DNA of 64,000 nucleotides from an uncultured Chloroflexia bacterium (GCA_963777965.1 CAVZSS010000022.1:1829-65828), one strand, 5' to 3'; counted from the stretch's first letter, positions 1 through 13,377 are shown. Translations and numbers: made by a program. The notes: generated by a model from the sequence alone, not told the origin.

Positions 1-3
1 TGG

Positions 4-1569
4 ATGGCAAGTCAGTATCCTCTGCTGGCAGATGGTGATTTTGTGTGGAATGATGCGCGCACCGAGATCACCGTAAAGCTCAAACCAGCCGCACATTGGA
101 GCGATGGCACCCCGTTGACCGCCGATGATGTGGCCTATACCTGGGAAACCAATCTCAAGTACTCGACCAACGCTGGCAACAACTTCAAAGATTACATCGA
201 CACCGTCACAGCCGTTGATCCACAGACGGTTCTGGTCAAGGCCAAGCTGGATGCGGACGGCAACACGGTCAATCCTCTGATGGTCGTGTCTTTCCTGGAC
301 GGCACCTATGTCATGCCAGAAAGCCTGGACCCAAACACTGGAAGAGCGCACCGGCAGTGATGCGACTGCATTTTTAGCCGATCCCGGCTGAAGATGTCGT
401 CTACTCCGGTCCATACCACAAGTTCTTCGCTGACGATACAAAGGTTGTCCTCGTCCGTGATGACAACTATTGGGGTCAGGATGCCTCCATGTTTGGCAAG
501 CTGCCAGCTCCGAAGTACATCGCGCATGCGATCTTCAAGGATAACGCGGCCGGTTCTGTTGCTTTGGCGCAGGGTGAAGTGGATGTCAGCCAGCAGTTTA
601 ACTCCAATATTCAGGTTTTGTGGCTCAACTATGGCTTGCCCGTCTCCACCTACCTTCCCGAAGCTCCCTATGGCATTGGTGCCAGCCTGCCAACCGCCTA
701 CTACAACCTGAAATCCAACGGTTTGGATCAAGGTTGCAATTCGCAAGGCGATTGCGATTGCGGTTGACTATCCCACCATCATTGCCAACGCCATGACCAA
801 CCAATCGGCTACCTTCGATCAGGTTCCACGCAGCCTGATGAACCCAACCCCTGGTGAGCAGGCCCTGTATGACCACGACTGCCGTCGCTGACCTGCAATG
901 GGCTGGCAACGATATCGAAGGCGCCAAGCAATGCTGGATGATGCTGGCGTTGTCGATACCAATGGCGATGGCAACCGGGAATTCAATGGACAGGAACTTC
1001 ACTATGTCGCCACCTGCCCGAATGGCTGGTCTGACTGGCAGGCTGCGATCGAAGTAGTGGCTGCTGCCGGGCAAAAGATCGGTATTGATATCACCACCGC
1101 CTACCCAGAGTGGGGCGTTTATCAGACCGTCGTCACCAAATCGGATACACCTCTGCCTGAAGGCTATGACATCTTCATGATGTGGTCTGACGGTGCTGGC
1201 CCAACCCAACCCTGGGGTCGTATCCGCCACCTGTTGAGCTCTGAATTCGTTGGTAATGCGGTCAACTGGAACGGCAACTGGGGTCAGTATAGCAATCCGG
1301 ACGTCGATGCATTGATCAAAGCGCTCCCCGCTGAAACCGATGCAGCCAAGCTGAAGGAAATGTACACGGAATTGGTCCGGATCTACCTGACCGATGTTCC
1401 CTCCTTCACGCTCATGTATCGTCCTGATTTGTTCCATGCTGTGAACGAGAGTGTCTGGACCAACTTCCCTCACCAGGATGATGGCACCGACCCAGCCGTC
1501 CCACCGATGATCTGTACTGACGGTTGGAGTATCGCATGTCTCTATAACCTCACGCTAGTTAATCCGTAA
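4..1569 (+). CDS. ABC transporter substrate-binding protein, OppA/family 5 (probably oligosaccharide-binding); 5' end outside window, several frameshifts
   Basis: Fragments 4..360 ([16 protein letters not shown]), 489..767 and 898..1569 ([14 protein letters not shown]) are collinear pieces of one SBP_bac_5 protein; lies directly before oppBCDF-like genes. Confidence 0.85.
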
Positions 1570-1583
1570 CCGATAGAATAACG

Positions 1584-1622
1584 AAACAGCCATGTTCCGC
1601 GAACCAGGGGACATGGCTGTTT
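1584..1622 (+). terminator. Stem-loop after the SBP gene (terminator or mRNA stabiliser)
   Basis: aaacagccatgttcc...ggacatggctgttt inverted repeat between SBP and permease. Confidence 0.6.
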
Positions 1623-1707
1623 GTTATGATAAGCTTCTCGATCTATTTATGAAAGACCTGAATATAAAATTATCGGAATTTGATCAATATAAACTGGAGG
1701 CACTGGG

Positions 1708-2712
1708 ATGAAAGGGTATGCCAGGTATTTCAGTAAAAAGCTGATGTGGTTTATTATTACATTCATGGCCGCCTTCCTGTTGAATTTCTTCCTGCCGCGC
1801 ATGATGCCGGGAGATCCTGTGGCAGCCATCGTAGCCAGGATGGCTCAAGGCCAATCCAATGCGACCGGGGTCCAGGCGATTTACAAGCAATACACCGAGT
1901 TGTTTGGCACCAACAAACCCATGATGACACAGTTCTTCATTTACTTAAAAAATGTGGTCCATGGCGATTTTGGTTTCTCGTTCAGCCAATATCCCCGCAC
2001 AGTTGCGAGTGTTCTCAAATCTTCCCTGTGGTGGACGGTGATACTGCAGTTCCCGGCGATCATCATCGGCTTTCTGATCGGGAACATACTCGGCGTGTTA
2101 GCGGCTTATCTCAAGGGCTGGTATGATAAAGCCCTCATGCCGCTCAGCATTTTTGCCAGTGGTTTACCGGCATTTGGCATGGCAACCATTTTGCTGGTCA
2201 TTTTTGGGATCATATTAAACTGGTTACCCACCTCGGGTGGATATGGGTTTGACTTGATCCCCAACCTTAGCTGGTCATTCGTCTGGTCGGTGATCGTCCA
2301 TTACCAGTTGCCGTTCTGGTCGATCGTGTTGATCGCCATTGGCGGCTGGGCGATTGGTATGCGCTCCATGTCGATCTATGAGCTGAATGCCGACTATGTA
2401 AAATACAGCCGTTTCATGGGGATCAAAGACAAGAAGATCATTCAATATGTCTTTCGCAATGCCATGCTTCCACAGGTCACCGGCCTGGCGCTGGCCATTG
2501 GTACCATGGTCGGTGGTGCCCTGGTGGCGGAGATCATTTTCAGTTACCCGGGGCTGGGTACCACCCTGTTGAGCGCGATCAGGGGGCAGGATTATCCGAT
2601 GATCTCAGCCACCACCTTGATCATCACCGTGATGGTATTGATCGCAAACTTTACCCTTGAACTTTTGTACGGCTTCATAGACCCGCGCATTAAAGCGGCG
2701 CAGTCGGATTAA
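1708..2712 (+). CDS. ABC transporter permease, OppB/DppB family
   Basis: PRMMPGDP N-terminus; FRNAMLP and [11 protein letters not shown]...QDYP motifs. Confidence 0.92.
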   Translation: MKGYARYFSKKLMWFIITFMAAFLLNFFLPRMMPGDPVAAIVARMAQGQSNATGVQAIYKQYTELFGTNKPMMTQFFIYLKNVVHGDFGFSFSQYPRTVASVLKSSLWWTVILQFPAIIIGFLIGNILGVLAAYLKGWYDKALMPLSIFASGLPAFGMATILLVIFGIILNWLPTSGGYGFDLIPNLSWSFVWSVIVHYQLPFWSIVLIAIGGWAIGMRSMSIYELNADYVKYSRFMGIKDKKIIQYVFRNAMLPQVTGLALAIGTMVGGALVAEIIFSYPGLGTTLLSAIRGQDYPMISATTLIITVMVLIANFTLELLYGFIDPRIKAAQSD

Positions 2713-2724
2713 GGAGAAGCCGCA

Positions 2725-3987
2725 ATGAAAAACACCCTCAAGCAGGTTTTTCACTCTGGTAAATTCGTAGCTGGGTTTTCCATTTTCATGTTCATCGTGC
2801 TGACGGTGATCATTTTTCCCTTATTCGTTAAAGCGGATCCATTATTAACCATCAGCCAGAGTGGCGTTCAAGGCTCTTTTTTTCCACCTGGGGTCTATGT
2901 GAATGTGTATGATAGCATCGGTACCACTCCTTATACGCTTTTACTGGAGGATGCTCAAGCCAAGCGGATTGCCAGCAAGCTGGGTGACCAGGAACGCCAG
3001 GACATCAAGGACTGGCTCGTAGCAGCTGGGATTTCTGAAAACGAGATCGATACGACCGATACCAAGAGCCTCCTGGATTTGTGGGCGAACAATTATGATC
3101 CGAAGAAGCAATTACCTGGGATGACCTTTGCTAAAACAAGATACTTTCAAAGGCTCAATGACTCGCTCCAGGGAATATTATCAACCCAAGATCTAACTAT
3201 AGCAGCCGCGGACACGCTGACAAGTACACTGCAGGCAGCCGGTACCATCGGACAATCCGATTATGTGAACGCAAGTGAAGTTCCAAATGTGCGCCTGTTA
3301 TTGCTTGGAACGGATAGCTTTGGCCGGGATGTGATGCCCGAGCTGGTTTCGGCGACCGGCACTTCCCTGTTGATTGGGATTGTGGCGGGTTTTATTGCCA
3401 CCACAATCGGTTTGGTCCTGGGATTGGCAGCAGGTTATATGGGCGGGTTGGTCGATGACGTGGTCATGTTCTTCACCAATCTCTTTACTGTCATCCCCAC
3501 CATTGTATTGTTGATCTTGATTTCATTCAGTATCGGGCAGGAAAGGCGTGGTGCGGTGACCATCGCCGTGGTGATCGGGTTTACTGCCTGGGTTTGGACA
3601 GCCCGGGCTGTACGGGCGCAGGTGATCTCTCTGCGTAATCGCGACCATGTCAACCTGTCGAAATTATCAGGACACCCCGTTTGGATGATCATCTTCACGG
3701 ACATTTTCCCTTACATCGCCTCTTACGTCGCCATGGCGTTGATCCTGCAAATATCCTCGGCTATCCTTTATGAGGCCTCGTTGTCGATCCTTGGCCTGGG
3801 ACCGAAAACCACGATAACAGCAACTTTGGGGACAATGTTGAACTGGGCGTTTTACTACATGGCACCAAGCCTCGGAAAATGGTGGGCGTACATGCCAGTG
3901 ATCGTCGTTATTGCCTTGGTTTCGTTTTCGCTGAACCTGATGAATACCGGTCTCGACCAGGTATACAACCCGGCATTGAGGGAATAG
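2725..3987 (+). CDS. ABC transporter permease, OppC/DppC family, with a large extracytoplasmic insertion
   Basis: [32 protein letters not shown]; 420 aa, longer than usual. Confidence 0.9.
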   Translation: MKNTLKQVFHSGKFVAGFSIFMFIVLTVIIFPLFVKADPLLTISQSGVQGSFFPPGVYVNVYDSIGTTPYTLLLEDAQAKRIASKLGDQERQDIKDWLVAAGISENEIDTTDTKSLLDLWANNYDPKKQLPGMTFAKTRYFQRLNDSLQGILSTQDLTIAAADTLTSTLQAAGTIGQSDYVNASEVPNVRLLLLGTDSFGRDVMPELVSATGTSLLIGIVAGFIATTIGLVLGLAAGYMGGLVDDVVMFFTNLFTVIPTIVLLILISFSIGQERRGAVTIAVVIGFTAWVWTARAVRAQVISLRNRDHVNLSKLSGHPVWMIIFTDIFPYIASYVAMALILQISSAILYEASLSILGLGPKTTITATLGTMLNWAFYYMAPSLGKWWAYMPVIVVIALVSFSLNLMNTGLDQVYNPALRE

Positions 3988-3994
3988 GTGATAT

Positions 3995-5035
3995 ATGAAA
4001 GAAGTCATGCTAGAGGTCAAAGACCTAACTACGAAATATATCACCCGCTACAATGAGGATATTTATGCGGTTGACCATGTTTCCTTAAAGGTTGAAGAAG
4101 GAAAAACGCTCGGAATTGCGGGAGAATCCGGCTGCGGGAAGTCGACCCTGGCACTCAGCCTGATGGGGTATTACTTCGCTCCACTGCACTATACGAGTGG
4201 GGAGATCATTATCGCCGGAAAAAATATATCCGGGTTGGACCCAGATGTCGTTCGCAAATCGATCTTGGGGACAGAAATCTCCTATATCCCCCAGGCAGCC
4301 ATGAACGCCCTCAATCCCACCCGCAAGATCATCAATTTTATTGAAGATGTATATAGAGCCCATGATCAGTACAAGACCAAGCAAGAGGTTTATGAGCTTG
4401 CCTGTGAGTGCTGTAGTATTTTAGGGTTACCGGTGGAAGTGCTACAAAAATACCCGGTTGAGCTCTCAGGCGGCATGAAACAGCGCACCGTGATCGCGGT
4501 TTCTGTGATTCTTTATCCCAAAATACTGATTGCGGATGAGCCTTCCTCTGCCCTGGATGTCACTTCACAGAAGATGGTCATCAAGATGCTGAAGGACTTG
4601 ATGAAAGATGGTTTCATCAAGTCGATGATCTTCATTACGCATGAGCTCCCGCTGCTCTACAACGTGACCGATGATATTATGGTCATGTACGCCGGGCAGA
4701 TTGTCGAAAAGGCCACCGCAAAGGAAGCCGTGTTTGATCCCCTTCATCCCTATTCCAAAGGACTGATGGGCTCGATCATTGTGCCTGAACAAGGTCTGCG
4801 GGATGTAAAATTAGCTGCCATTCCCGGGGTACCTCCAAATCTTAAAAATCCACCGCCAGGCTGCCGGTTTGCACCCCGCTGTAAATATACTCGCAATGAA
4901 TGCACGGCTTCGGTGAATCTTCGAACTCTTGAAGGCGGCCGCGCTTATCGCTGTGTCCTCTCGGAACGTGAACTGAGGGAAACGTATAAAATGGAGGCTC
5001 GAACAAAATGCTCGAAAATAGAGAAATTATTCTGA
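3995..5035 (+). CDS. ABC transporter ATP-binding protein, OppD family
   Basis: Walker [25 protein letters not shown]-terminal GCRFAPRC. Confidence 0.93.
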   Translation: MKEVMLEVKDLTTKYITRYNEDIYAVDHVSLKVEEGKTLGIAGESGCGKSTLALSLMGYYFAPLHYTSGEIIIAGKNISGLDPDVVRKSILGTEISYIPQAAMNALNPTRKIINFIEDVYRAHDQYKTKQEVYELACECCSILGLPVEVLQKYPVELSGGMKQRTVIAVSVILYPKILIADEPSSALDVTSQKMVIKMLKDLMKDGFIKSMIFITHELPLLYNVTDDIMVMYAGQIVEKATAKEAVFDPLHPYSKGLMGSIIVPEQGLRDVKLAAIPGVPPNLKNPPPGCRFAPRCKYTRNECTASVNLRTLEGGRAYRCVLSERELRETYKMEARTKCSKIEKLF

Positions 5036-5832
5036 GCGCCAAGGGACTTACCAAGGAATTTGGGTTTGGGGGTACCAGAACACTGGCGGTTGATCATGTG
5101 GATCTAGAGCTATATAAAGGCGAGGTTGTCTCGATTGTGGGGGAATCAGGCAGTGGGAAAACCACCTTAGCGAAGGTGCTGCTTGGATTAATTAGTATTA
5201 CTGAAGGCGAAATTTACTTCCAGGGGAAAAAGCGTGATATCAGGAGTAATAAGAAGAAAAAGGAATATTGGAAAAATATTCAGGCGATCTTTCAGGATCC
5301 ATTCTCTTCCTACAATATATTTCACAAGATTGATGCTGTACTTTTAGATTGTATTCGCATGCGTGGTGGTGGAAAGCTTCCACACGAGAAAAAAGTCGAA
5401 ATGATGGCAGAAGCCTGCAAGTTCGTCAACCTGAAGTACGAGGAATTGACCAATAAGTATCCATTTGAGCTTTCCGGTGGACAGATGCAGCGTTTAATGA
5501 TTGCCCGCATCTTCCTGCTAAAACCAAAGATCTTATTTGCGGATGAACCTACTTCGATGATCGATGCTTGTTCGCGTGCCACCATCCTGGATATGCTGAT
5601 GCAATTACGTAACGAAATCGGGATGACGGTTATTTTCATCACCCATGATATTGGCCTGGCTTATTATGTGTCCGACAAGGTAATTATTATGGAGCATGGG
5701 AAATTTGTTGAAAGCGGAACACCTGATGAGGTCATCCTGTCCCCGAGAGCACCTTACACTAAACGCTTGATCAGCGATGTTCCAAAGATCTATGAAGAAT
5801 GGGATCTATCAACGGTTGAGTGTTCCACTTGA
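5008..5832 (+). CDS. ABC transporter ATP-binding protein, OppF family
   Basis: [32 protein letters not shown]. Confidence 0.93.
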   Translation: MLENREIILSAKGLTKEFGFGGTRTLAVDHVDLELYKGEVVSIVGESGSGKTTLAKVLLGLISITEGEIYFQGKKRDIRSNKKKKEYWKNIQAIFQDPFSSYNIFHKIDAVLLDCIRMRGGGKLPHEKKVEMMAEACKFVNLKYEELTNKYPFELSGGQMQRLMIARIFLLKPKILFADEPTSMIDACSRATILDMLMQLRNEIGMTVIFITHDIGLAYYVSDKVIIMEHGKFVESGTPDEVILSPRAPYTKRLISDVPKIYEEWDLSTVECST

Positions 5833-5944
5833 ATTTAAAGACAACCGAAATAACGGTATGCACCGAATTCTACACTGGACGCACCTTTGAATTTGGTGCG
5901 CGCTGGGATATCTTATCGAGGCAGATTCATCAGGATAACGCATC

Positions 5945-8431
5945 ATGAGAATTCAATCTTTGGGTGGTGACTGGGATTTTCATCAGGTAGGTACTGAGGA
6001 GTGGATGGCCGCCCACGTCCCGGGTGGCGTGCATACCGATTTACTGGCCTTGGGTCACATTCCCGACCCATTTGTGGCTGATAATGAGAAGCGCGTTCAG
6101 TGGGTGGCTGAGTCCGATTGGATCTACCGCCATAGCTTCACCAGTTCTCCAGAATTGCTGGCTGAAGATCGTATTTTACTGGTATGTGAAGGGTTAGACA
6201 CCCTGGCGACGGTTGTCCTCAATGGTCATGTACTGGGGCACACCAGCAACATGTTCCGCCGCTACGAATGGGAGGTCAAACCATTAATACATGCAGACAG
6301 TGAAAATGTATTGACGATTTCCTTCGCCTCGCCTGTGAAGTTTATTTCTGAGAAGAATGCTATTCGCGAGATGCCAGGTCCTTATCATTCTCTGGGCGGG
6401 GGTCCATACATTCGCAAAGCCCCGTACCAATTCGGTTGGGATTGGGGTCCAAAGCTCCCGCCGATCGGCATATGGAAGGATATTCGCCTGGAAGGTTACA
6501 GTGAGGCACGCCTTGCCGAGGTCCACCTGCGACAGCAGCATGCTGGCGGGCAGGTGACGGTTGAGGCTCAGATCACCATCGAGCATTGGGGAAAAATGCC
6601 GATAACTGGGGTTGTGCAAATCACGGCACCGGATGGTGAGATCCAGGAAAATAATGCTTCGATAACGATGCAGAATGTGGTGATTGTGAAAGTGTCAATT
6701 CCTCATCCTGAGCTATGGTGGCCCAATGGCTATGGGAGTCAGCCACTTTATCGGGTGGATATCTTACTTAAGAGTAGCCTTACTTCCAAGGATGGGTTTT
6801 TGGACCTGCGTAGTTATCAGATCGGGTTGCGTACGATTGAATTGCGTCAACAGGAGGACGAGTGGGGACGCTCCTTCGTGTTTGTGGTCAATAAAATTCC
6901 TATTCTGGCCAAAGGCTCCAATTGGGCTCCTGCCGAATTTTTCCCAACCCGAATCTCTGATGAATATATCGAAGGTCTCATTCGCTCAGCCGCTGAGACA
7001 CACCAGAACATGCTGCGCGTGTGGGGCGGTGGATTCTATGAAGAGGAGCGTTTTTACAACCTTTGTGATCGTTATGGCATCCTGGTGTGGCAGGAATTTA
7101 TTTTCTCGTGCAGTGTATATCCTTTGAACGATCCTGATTTCCTTGAAAACGTCCGCTTGGAAGTAGTTGAGAATGTTCGCCGCCTCCGCCATCGAGCCAG
7201 CCTTGCCTTATGGTGTGGGAATAACGAGATGGAATGGGGTTGGGTGGATTGGAATTGGAATCGACCGGAGCTGCAGGATTTAAAAGCTGCCTACGACCAG
7301 TTTTTCCACCACACCCTGCCTGCATGGTGCCAGGCTGAAGACCCGGATCATTCCTATTGGCCTAGCTCACCCTCTTCCGATATTCCTTTCCTGGATCCGA
7401 ATGGTCAGCGCCAGGGTGATTCTCATTATTGGGACGTCTGGCATGGCGGGAAACCGTTTACTTCTTATCGACAACAATATCCACGCTTTATGAGTGAATT
7501 CGGCTTCCAATCCTTACCCCCTTTGGAAACCATCCGTTCTTATGCTGATGAAGCCGATTGGAATATGACCTCCTACATCATGGAGCAGCACCAGAAGAAT
7601 GCCAGTGGAAATTCCATGATGGTGCGGCAAATGCTGGATATGTTCCGGCTGCCCAAGGATTTTAAATCGCTGGTCTATCTGAGCATGGCTCTCCAGGCGG
7701 AGGGCATCCGCTACGGTGTGGAGCACTGGCGGCGTTATCCCGATCGCGTTGCCGGGATCCTCTACTGGCAGCTCAATGATTGCTGGCCGGTTGCCTCATG
7801 GTCCAGCCTGGATTACTTCGGGCGTTGGAAAGCATTACATTACGCCGCACGCCGGTTCTATGCGCCGTTATTGATGTCCATAGAAGACAACCCATCGGGA
7901 ATGTCGGTTTACCTGACCAATGACTTACTCAAACCCTGGTTGGGAGGGTTGAATTGGAGTTTGGAAATGTTGGATGGGGAAGAACTGACCGGTGGATCTG
8001 TCCCCTTGGTTTTAACCCTTCCGCAAACTGTAAAACAAATATGCAAGCTGGATTTCTCAAAAAATATTACCGAAGACAATCTCCATAAACTGGTATTTAT
8101 CGCTGATCTTCGGGATGAGTTTGAGCATTTTGTGTCCCGGCAGATTGCAACTTTCGTCCCGATCAAACACTTATCCTTGATGGATCCCGCTGTGAAGGTA
8201 GACCTGTCCATCGAGAAGGATCAGCTGATTATAAATCTGGATGCCAAATCTACGGCGCTTCTCGTGGAGGTATCCCTTCCGGGTAGTGAGGTTGTCTTTA
8301 GTGATAATCATTTTAATCTACCTGCAGGTCGGACAGTTCAAATTTCCTGCCCAATGCCAGCTGGTTGGACTTTGAAACGAGCGAAAAATGAGTTTAGGGT
8401 TCACTCGGTTTATGATTCATACTCACACTAA
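5945..8431 (+). CDS. Beta-mannosidase, GH2
   Basis: RKAPYQFGWDWGP, NMLRVWGGG, WCGNNE (acid/base), RFMSEFGFQS (nucleophile), WQLNDCWP. Confidence 0.92.
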   Translation: MRIQSLGGDWDFHQVGTEEWMAAHVPGGVHTDLLALGHIPDPFVADNEKRVQWVAESDWIYRHSFTSSPELLAEDRILLVCEGLDTLATVVLNGHVLGHTSNMFRRYEWEVKPLIHADSENVLTISFASPVKFISEKNAIREMPGPYHSLGGGPYIRKAPYQFGWDWGPKLPPIGIWKDIRLEGYSEARLAEVHLRQQHAGGQVTVEAQITIEHWGKMPITGVVQITAPDGEIQENNASITMQNVVIVKVSIPHPELWWPNGYGSQPLYRVDILLKSSLTSKDGFLDLRSYQIGLRTIELRQQEDEWGRSFVFVVNKIPILAKGSNWAPAEFFPTRISDEYIEGLIRSAAETHQNMLRVWGGGFYEEERFYNLCDRYGILVWQEFIFSCSVYPLNDPDFLENVRLEVVENVRRLRHRASLALWCGNNEMEWGWVDWNWNRPELQDLKAAYDQFFHHTLPAWCQAEDPDHSYWPSSPSSDIPFLDPNGQRQGDSHYWDVWHGGKPFTSYRQQYPRFMSEFGFQSLPPLETIRSYADEADWNMTSYIMEQHQKNASGNSMMVRQMLDMFRLPKDFKSLVYLSMALQAEGIRYGVEHWRRYPDRVAGILYWQLNDCWPVASWSSLDYFGRWKALHYAARRFYAPLLMSIEDNPSGMSVYLTNDLLKPWLGGLNWSLEMLDGEELTGGSVPLVLTLPQTVKQICKLDFSKNITEDNLHKLVFIADLRDEFEHFVSRQIATFVPIKHLSLMDPAVKVDLSIEKDQLIINLDAKSTALLVEVSLPGSEVVFSDNHFNLPAGRTVQISCPMPAGWTLKRAKNEFRVHSVYDSYSH

Positions 8432-8575
8432 GGCTTATCTTAGTGGAATATAGACCAATAGATCGGAAAAAATACACCCCATGAATGTCGGGTGCCTTCA
8501 GTGTGAATGTTAAGGAAGGTATCTTTTATGTTTTTATTATCCAAACTTATATGCATATCTAGAAAGGATTGAAGT

Positions 8576-10843
8576 ATGACTAAAGTAACAGATTTGATTA
8601 AAAAAATGTCCTTGGAAGAAAAAGCCGCCCTGTGTACCGGAGCAGGTCCATGGACGACGACGCTCGTTGAACACCTGGGGATACCCGAATTAATCGTTAC
8701 AGACGGACCTCATGGGGTGCGTCGGGCAGAAAATATAACCACATTTGTTGAGAAAAGCCTGCCTGCCACATGTTTCCCAACCGCTGCTTGTATGGCATCC
8801 ACCTGGGATGTGGATTTGATCCATAAACTGGGGGAAGCCTTGGCATATGAATGCATCGCCTTAAATGTTGATGTGATCCTCGGCCCTGGGGTGAACATGA
8901 AGCGCATCCCTACTTGCGGGCGAAATTTCGAGTATTACTCCGAAGATCCCTACCTTGCCGGCCAGATGGCAGTCAGTTTCATCAACGGTGTGCAAAGTAA
9001 AGGTGTGGGTACGTCACTAAAACATTTCGCCGCCAACAATCAGGAGTGCCAGCGTTCCACCATCAGCTCCGAGCTTGATGAACGAACCTTACGGGAAATT
9101 TACTTGCCAGCTTTTGAGATGGCAGTTAAAAAAGCCAGGCCTTGGACGGTGATGTGCTCTTATAACAAACTCAATGGTACATTTGCTGCCGAGAATCACC
9201 GTCTGCTGACTGAGATCCTGAAGGAGGAGTGGGGTTTCGAGGGTTTTGTCGTTTCCGACTGGGGAGCTGTCCATGACCGGGTGGAGGCATTGAACGCTGG
9301 TCTTGACCTGGAGATGCCCGGTCCACGGGAAAGGCGGGTGAAGGAAGTGATCAATGCTGTTCGTTCGGGTAAACTGGACGAGATGGTGCTGGATGAGGCA
9401 GTGCGCAGGATCCTGGAGATTGTTTTCAAAGCTGCTGAGACGAAAAAAGGCGGTTCGTTTGATGCTGCCAGGCACCATGCCTTGGCACGCAAGGTTGCCG
9501 CGGAAGGTATAGTCCTGTTAAAAAATAACGGTATTTTACCTTTGAAGGCTCAGAAGCATATCGCGGTTATTGGTCGCTCGGCCAAGGAAGCATACTACCA
9601 GGGAGGCGGCAGCTCGCATATCAATCCAACCCAGCTGGATAATCCATATGAAGAGCTGCAAAAATTGGCTGGCGATGCCAGGTTGACCTATTCTGAAGGC
9701 TACCCCAAGGATGAAAGTTTTGACCAGGCCCTGATTGATGAAGCCTGTAAAAATGCCCATTCAGCTGCCGTTGCCTTGATATATATTTCCCTGCCTGCTA
9801 CCAAAGAGTCGGAAGGGTATGACCGGTCTGATCTTGACCTGACTTCTCAACAGGTTGCACTGATCAAAGCGGTTACTGCCACCCAACCCAACACCGTGGT
9901 CATTCTGAATAATGGGGCACCAGTGGTGATGAGTGAGTGGTTGGATGGTGCTGCTGCTGTTATTGAGGCATGGATGATGGGTCAGGCAGGTGGAGGGGCA
10001 ATCGCAGATGTGCTATTTGGAAAGGTCAATCCGTCTGGCAAACTGGCGGAAACCTTCCCACTCAAACTCATAGATACACCGGCATATATAAACTATCCTG
10101 GAGAAAATGGCGCAGTTCGTTATGGTGAGGGGATTTTCATTGGCTACCGTTACTATGACGCCAAGGAAGTTCCGACGCAGTTCCCCTTTGGTTATGGGAT
10201 GAGCTATACCACATTCGATTATCAAAACCTCAAGCTTTCTTCACAACCCTTCCGGGACGTGGATGGTTTGACTGTGTCTGTGGATGTGACGAACACGGGT
10301 AAATTGCCAGGCAAGGAAGTGGTCCAGGTGTATGTGCACGATCAAAAATCGAAGTTGGTCCGACCGCCCAAGGAGCTCAAAGGCTTTGTCAAGCTCGCGC
10401 TCCAGCCAGGCGAGACCAAGACTGTGACCATGAACCTTGATTTCCGTGCTTTTGCCTACTACCACCCAGCTTATAAACGCTGGATTACCGAGGCTGGGGA
10501 GTTCGACATCCTGGTTGGGGCTTCATCTACCGACATTCGCTGCAGGAAAACGGTTACCTTAAATTCCACGCTTGAGTTGCCCAGCATCTTAAATCGAGAC
10601 TCCACGCTTCGGGAATGGACCGAAGACCCACGCGGTATGAGCGTTCTGGGATCATTCCTCCAGCAATTGAATGACCAGATGCGGGCAACCCTTGGTGGTA
10701 GTGAGGCGATCGGAATGGATCCGATGGGTTTCTTAATGGATACGCCTTTGATGGGTTTATTCCATTTCCTGGGCAGTTCTTCACCTGTATCTCCTGAAGA
10801 AATGGTGGATGGATTTCTTGCCAAAGTCCACAGTAGCAATTGA
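8576..10843 (+). CDS. Beta-glucosidase, GH3
   Basis: TDGPHGVR, GRNFEYYSEDP, KHFAANNQE, VVSDWG, ESEGYDR, FnIII-like C-terminal domain. Confidence 0.93.
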   Translation: MTKVTDLIKKMSLEEKAALCTGAGPWTTTLVEHLGIPELIVTDGPHGVRRAENITTFVEKSLPATCFPTAACMASTWDVDLIHKLGEALAYECIALNVDVILGPGVNMKRIPTCGRNFEYYSEDPYLAGQMAVSFINGVQSKGVGTSLKHFAANNQECQRSTISSELDERTLREIYLPAFEMAVKKARPWTVMCSYNKLNGTFAAENHRLLTEILKEEWGFEGFVVSDWGAVHDRVEALNAGLDLEMPGPRERRVKEVINAVRSGKLDEMVLDEAVRRILEIVFKAAETKKGGSFDAARHHALARKVAAEGIVLLKNNGILPLKAQKHIAVIGRSAKEAYYQGGGSSHINPTQLDNPYEELQKLAGDARLTYSEGYPKDESFDQALIDEACKNAHSAAVALIYISLPATKESEGYDRSDLDLTSQQVALIKAVTATQPNTVVILNNGAPVVMSEWLDGAAAVIEAWMMGQAGGGAIADVLFGKVNPSGKLAETFPLKLIDTPAYINYPGENGAVRYGEGIFIGYRYYDAKEVPTQFPFGYGMSYTTFDYQNLKLSSQPFRDVDGLTVSVDVTNTGKLPGKEVVQVYVHDQKSKLVRPPKELKGFVKLALQPGETKTVTMNLDFRAFAYYHPAYKRWITEAGEFDILVGASSTDIRCRKTVTLNSTLELPSILNRDSTLREWTEDPRGMSVLGSFLQQLNDQMRATLGGSEAIGMDPMGFLMDTPLMGLFHFLGSSSPVSPEEMVDGFLAKVHSSN

Positions 10844-10920
10844 AGGGTGTCTTTTCACCAGGACGGCGGTAATACTAAATAAGGTTATTGCACTAAAATA
10901 CTGATTTTTCTGAGGTTACG

Positions 10921-13377
10921 ATGCAATTTGGTTACTTTGACGATGAGCAACGTGAATATGTGATCACACGCCCAGATACACCATTACCCTGGATCAACTA
11001 CCTGGGCTGCGAAGGTTTTTTTGGGATCATCTCAAACACCGCCGGTGGCTATACCTTCTATAAAGATGCCAGGCTGAGGCGCTTGACGCGCTACCGCTAT
11101 AATAACGCTCCTCTGGATACAGGTGGGCGTTATATCTACCTGCGTGATGATGATGGAGGTTCTCCCAATTTCTGGTCACCCACCTGGCAGCCAACCCGTA
11201 CTCCACTGCAGGGGTACCAATGCCGCCATGGCATGGGCTATACGACCATCCAATCAACGTTTTCTGGGATTAAGGCTGAAACCCGCTACTTCATCCCTCT
11301 GGGAGCAAACCTGGAGATCTGGCAGCTTACCCTGGCCAACCAGCGTCCTGAGGCAATTAACTTATCCATTTTTGCTACTGTTGAGTTCTGCCTGTGGGAT
11401 GCGATGGACGATGCCACCAACTTTCAACGTAATTACTCGGTGGGTGAAGTGGAATTGGTGGATGGTGTGATCTACCACAAGACCGAATACCGTGAGCGGC
11501 GTGATCATTTTTCCTTTTTTACCTGCTCTGAGAGATTAGCTGGCTTCGACACCGACCGGGAGGCTTTCCTGGGTGCGTACCGGGGTTGGGATTCACCCGC
11601 CGCTGTGGAAAGGGGCGCTCTCAGCAATTCCATCGCCCATGGCTGGCAGCCGATGGGAGCTCAGCACGTGCGTTTGCATCTGGAAGCTGGGGAGCAGCGA
11701 TCGATGATCTTCTTGCTGGGTTATCACGAAAACCCGCCGGACTCAAGTTTGACCCTCCCGGGTCGCAAACCATAAACAAACGCAGCCTCACTCCTATCAT
11801 TCAACGTTACCTGCAGCCATCCGAGGTGAAATCTGCTTTTGACCAGCTCCAGGGATACTGGCTCGAATTGCTGGAAAAGCTCCAGGTGCATACGCCGGAC
11901 GTTCATACCGACCGAATGGTGAATATCTGGAATGTGTGCCAATTGATGGCAGTCTTCAATTTCTCACGCTCAGCCTCTTATTTTGAATCCGGTATTGGGC
12001 GTGGGATGGGATTTCGTGATTCCAACCAGGATTTGCTCGGGTTCGTTCATCTGCTGCCTGCCCAGGCTCGTAGCCGCATCTTAGATCTGGCAGCCACCCA
12101 GCTTCCAACGGGAGGGGCGTATCACCAGTACCAGCCTCTCACCAGGCGCGGCAACAACGAGGTCGGTTCGGGCTTCAATGATGATCCATTGTGGCTGGTG
12201 TTATCCGTGGCAGCATATATAAAAGAAACCGGGGATTGGGGTATCTTGGACGAGCCTGTGGTGTATGACAATACACCCGGCACTGAAGAGACCCTTTACG
12301 AGCATCTTGAACGCAGTATGCAGTATACCCTCGACCGGCTGGGTCCGCATGGCCTCCCGCTCATTGGCCGGGCAGATTGGAATGACTGCTTGAACCTGAA
12401 TTGCTTCTCCAACTCTCCAGGTCAATCGTTTCAAACCACCACCAATAAGGACGGCAAGGTGGCTGAGAGTGTTTTTATCGCCGGTTTGTACGTCCTGGCT
12501 GCCCGATCAATGATCCAAATCGCCATTAAGATTGCACGAGAAAAGTCAGCCCGGGTTTATAGCCAGGCGATCGATCAGCTGCAACAAGTGGTAGGTGAGG
12601 CCGGCTGGGATGGCGCTTGGTTCCGCCGAGCCTATGACGACTTTGGAGAGCCAGTCGGCTCTATCACCTGTAGTGAGGGACAAATTTTTATCGAGCCACA
12701 GGGCATATGCGTCATGGCAGGATTGGGACTGGCAGATGGGAAAGCCCGGCAGGCGCTCGATTCGGTAGCTGAGAGGCTGGCGACACCCCATGGCGTACAG
12801 CTGCACCAACCGGGATACTCGCCATTATTACCTCAACCTGGGTGAAATTTCCTCCTATCCACCCGGTTATAAGGAGAACGGCAGTGTTTTTTGCCACACG
12901 AACCCGTGGATCATGATTGCTGAAGCCATGCTTGGGAATGGTGCAATGGCCTATGATTATTACCTGCGCATCAACCCATCCAGGCGGGAGCAGATCAGCG
13001 AAGTGCATCGCTGCGAACCATACGTGTATGCCCAGATGATCGCTGGTCGTGAAGCGCCCACGTATGGCGAAGCGAAGAATTCCTGGCTTACCGGTACAGC
13101 CGCCTGGAATTATGTAGCCATCACGCAGTGGATCCTGGGCATCCGCCCGGAGTTCGATGGTTTACGCCTGGATCCTTGTATTCCACCTGAGTGGGATGGT
13201 TTTTCGGTTGAACGCATCTTTAGGGGTAAGTTATTGCATATCTGTGTGCATAACCCGCAGCATGTCAGCCGGGGTGTAACTGCAGTTGAAGTGGATGGTG
13301 TAAAAATCGAGGGTAACCTGGTTATATGTGAGGCTGCCGGCGATGAACACCAGGTGGATGTTTGGTTGGGCAAGTGA
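10921..13377 (+). CDS. cbpA: Cellobiose phosphorylase, GH94 (two frameshifts)
   Basis: [74 protein letters not shown] across ORFs 10921..11775, 11586..12845 and 12790..13377. Confidence 0.85.

Noticed and set aside
358-360. Other TGA stops as selenocysteine (e.g. 360, 34449, 35870)
   Set aside because: The downstream homology continues in a different frame, and the codons do not align with a conserved Cys.
10921-13377. Programmed ribosomal frameshifting in GH94, the Mo enzyme, AbfD and others
   Set aside because: Breaks are numerous, scattered and lack consistent slippery sites; sequencing error is the simpler explanation.
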